Source: an uncultured bacterium | GTDB lineage: Bacteria > CAYJRR01 | Direction of reading: 5' to 3' | Assembly: GCA_964372275.1 (NCBI GenBank) | Contig: CAYJRR010000037.1 | Location: 1 to 35,825 of the forward strand | Length of the DNA stretch: 35,825 nucleotides | In this document: positions 33,596 through 35,825 of the stretch, piece after piece | Position numbering within the stretch: position 1 is the first letter of the stretch | How the letters are laid out: every line of letters starts with the position of its first letter | Notes under the pieces: model-generated | Database searches by the model: none | What the model was told of the DNA's origin: nothing | Seen by the model: only the letters and a program-made list of their open reading frames with translations | Position numbers and translations under genes: made by a program

Positions 33596-35197
33596 TCACG
33601 ACCGCGACGACTTCTCGAGGTCGACGATGCGGGTGCCGCCGACGTAGCTCTGGCTCTCGTAGCGGGTGATGCGGCCGATCTTCTTCACCACCGCCGCCAT
33701 CCGCTCCGCCTCCTCGTAGATGGTGGTGAGGTGCTTCCGGTTCGGATCGTCCGCCGGGAGCCGCTTGAGCAGGAGCTCGGCGTATCCCATCACGGCGGTG
33801 AGCGGCTGGTTGAGCTCGTGCGCCGCCGAACCGGCGAGCTCGGCCACGGCTGCCTGCTTCTCCGTCTGGATCAGCGCCGACTGAGCCTCCTTGAGTCGCT
33901 TCTCCATCGCCCGCCGGTCGCGGAGGTCGGTGAAGTAGCCGGTGGTGGCGATCTCCCGCCCGTCGTCTCCGTAGATCACCGCTCCGGAGAGGAGGATCGG
34001 GATCGGCGTCCCGTCGCGCGACAGGATCTCCACCTCGATCCCCGAGAGGTGTCCCCCTTGCGGCTGCGCGGCGCGCAGCTTGCGCATGATCTCCTTGGCC
34101 ACCCCGGACGGATAGAGCTCGGAGACCGAGACCCGTCCGACCAGGTCGGCGGCCCGCCATCCGGTGATCCGCTCCGCCGCTTCGTTGAAGACCAGGACCG
34201 TCCCGCGCATGTCGCTGGCGATGACCGCATCGCGACTCGCGTCGATCAGCCGTTGAAGGAAGGATCGCGAGCCGAGGATCCCTTCCGCCCCGAGCACCCG
34301 CCCGCGTTCGGCGGCGCGCTTGCGAAGGCGCGCCCCGCCACGCGCCACTTCTCGCGCCGTGACCAGCGGCGCCGCGGCGACCAGGGCCACCAGCTCGGCG
34401 AGCCGCACCGCCCGCGCGTCGGGGGCGACCCGCTCCGGAAGCCGGAGCACCAGCAGGCCGATCGCCACTCCGCGGAAGAGCACCGGGAACGAGAGCAACG
34501 CCCCGCCGTTGTTCGAAACGGAGAGCGGATCGGCGCCCGGATCCTCCGCCACCGTCCAGCGCGCCTCGACCGCGGCGGCGAGGAGGGTCGGATGGGCTGC
34601 GAGGTTGATCCGATCGCGCGCATGCTCCGGCGGCGCGCTCGCCAGGACCAGCGCGCGCCGGCCCCCGGAGGAGAGAAGAAGGACCCCCCCGCGGACGGCC
34701 CCGACGGCCGCGGCGATGCGGTGGACCGCGGCGTGCAGCGCCGACCGCGGATCGCGGTCGCTGGTCATCACCCGCGTCAGCTCGAGGAGCAACGCGCGGT
34801 GCGCGTCGTCGGACTCCGGGGACGGCCGGCCGCCGCGCGACAACGACCGGACATGCGCGATCAGGTCGATCTCCGAGGCGGTGGAGGGAAGCGACGCCGA
34901 AGCCCCCGCCTCCAGGGCCTCCGCCGCCTCTCCGGCCGCCCCCCTCCCCAGGATCAGGATCGGCACCGACCGGGTGACGGCGTCGGAGGCGAGCCGGCGC
35001 GTGGCTTCGAGCGCATCGGGGCGGATCAGGTCGCGCCCGATCAGGATCAGGTCGGGCGGAAGGCGCCGCGCCAGATCGAGGAGCCGCCCTCCGTCGTGCG
35101 CCTCCTGCGCCTCGAATCCGGCGCGTTCGAGGGCGCCGACGATCCCGGTCCGCTGAACGACGTCGACGATCCCGACCAGCACCGTCCCCAGACTCAC
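33596..35197 (-). CDS. Pseudo-receiver, GAF-like, PAS and HisKA protein lacking an ATPase domain
   Basis: PPDLILIG (Gly at the phospho-Asp position), FNEAAERITGW (PAS), AAHELNQPL (H box); ends at YVGGTRIVDLEKSSRS with no N/G boxes. Confidence 0.8.
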   Translation of the reverse strand: MSLGTVLVGIVDVVQRTGIVGALERAGFEAQEAHDGGRLLDLARRLPPDLILIGRDLIRPDALEATRRLASDAVTRSVPILILGRGAAGEAAEALEAGASASLPSTASEIDLIAHVRSLSRGGRPSPESDDAHRALLLELTRVMTSDRDPRSALHAAVHRIAAAVGAVRGGVLLLSSGGRRALVLASAPPEHARDRINLAAHPTLLAAAVEARWTVAEDPGADPLSVSNNGGALLSFPVLFRGVAIGLLVLRLPERVAPDARAVRLAELVALVAAAPLVTAREVARGGARLRKRAAERGRVLGAEGILGSRSFLQRLIDASRDAVIASDMRGTVLVFNEAAERITGWRAADLVGRVSVSELYPSGVAKEIMRKLRAAQPQGGHLSGIEVEILSRDGTPIPILLSGAVIYGDDGREIATTGYFTDLRDRRAMEKRLKEAQSALIQTEKQAAVAELAGSAAHELNQPLTAVMGYAELLLKRLPADDPNRKHLTTIYEEAERMAAVVKKIGRITRYESQSYVGGTRIVDLEKSSRS

Positions 35198-35823
35198 CCG
35201 CGCCCCCGGTCGATGGCGCGGTGGGCCGCCGCGAGGACCTGACGTACCGGGACGCCGTGGCGGTCGGCGGCGTCGCGCACGTCGTCGAACTCCGGCGCGG
35301 CGCTGGCGATCTCGCCCCCCCTTCGCGCGACCTTGACGCGGATCTCCCCGAACTCGGTTTCGACCGAGTGCGACTCCCGCTCGAGTACGCGGCGCTCCAC
35401 CCGCTGCACCCGGAGTCCGATCGTCGTGCTTTCGCGAAACAGCACCTCCGCGAGCGCGTCGACGCGGGGTTCCGGCGCGAGCGCCGAGACGACGACCCCC
35501 GGCCGGCCCTTCTTCATCTGCACCGGTGTCATCCAGACGTCGAGCGCGCCCGCCGCGCGCAGCCGGTCGACCAGCGGCCCGAACAACTGCGGATTCATGT
35601 CGTCGACGTTGGCTTCGAGGAGCGCCGCCGTCTCCACGCCGGTCCCCGCCGCCGCCGCCCTCTCGGCGAGGACGGTGCGGAGCAGGTTCGGGCGGCCGGC
35701 GAGCTCGCGGGTGCCGGCGCCGTATCCGACACTACGCACCGTCATCCGTCCGGAGCCGTTGCCGGGTCGCGCCCCGGCGGCGCGAAGCGCGGCACCGGTC
35801 GGCGTCACCACCTCGACGTCGCG
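35194..35823 (-). CDS. larC: Nickel insertion protein LarC (5'-partial)
   Basis: EVVTPTGAAL, GYGAG, PNLLR, LEANVDDMNPQ, MKKGRPG, ESTTIGLR, PEFDD; frame open to the window edge. Confidence 0.92.
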   Translation of the reverse strand, partial: RDVEVVTPTGAALRAAGARPGNGSGRMTVRSVGYGAGTRELAGRPNLLRTVLAERAAAAGTGVETAALLEANVDDMNPQLFGPLVDRLRAAGALDVWMTPVQMKKGRPGVVVSALAPEPRVDALAEVLFRESTTIGLRVQRVERRVLERESHSVETEFGEIRVKVARRGGEIASAAPEFDDVRDAADRHGVPVRQVLAAAHRAIDRGRG

Positions 35824-35825
35824 GT

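Overview
Very GC-rich bacterial chromosomal window, densely coding, with about 39 supportable CDS. I recognised no rRNA, tRNA, CRISPR array, integrase, transposase or reverse transcriptase. Gene content (MglA-like GTPase, myxosortase-like CPBP protease, DUF3015/DUF4105 cluster, DUF4398-TSP3-OmpA lipoproteins, kinase-less PAS-HisKA) suggests a Myxococcota/deltaproteobacterial-type organism; this is inference only. Backbone genes: 5'-partial pilT with a PilZ fusion, an orphan parA with a small partner, a class III cyclase, pepP, a cysQ-like gene, fbaB, an IDH-family dehydrogenase, FHA+PP2C, a MASE1 kinase, larE and 5'-partial larC. An accessory patch at about 8.6-11.4 kb holds a glycine-rich lipoprotein gene bracketed by a 186-bp duplicate of the cysQ 3' end, a HEAT-like gene and a Phd-VapC toxin-antitoxin pair. 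Most notable: the cysQ 3' duplication and its cargo, the PilT-REC-like-PilZ fusion, ParA with a non-ParB partner, a histone-like protein with a Cys3His tail, a switch-II-degenerate MglA, the DUF3015x2-DUF4105 module, and TANNNT boxes 6-8 nt before the start codons of nine genes (apparent leaderless expression). All family calls are by motif recognition; no database searches were run. Most long alternative-frame ORFs in the supplied track are GC-rich shadows.
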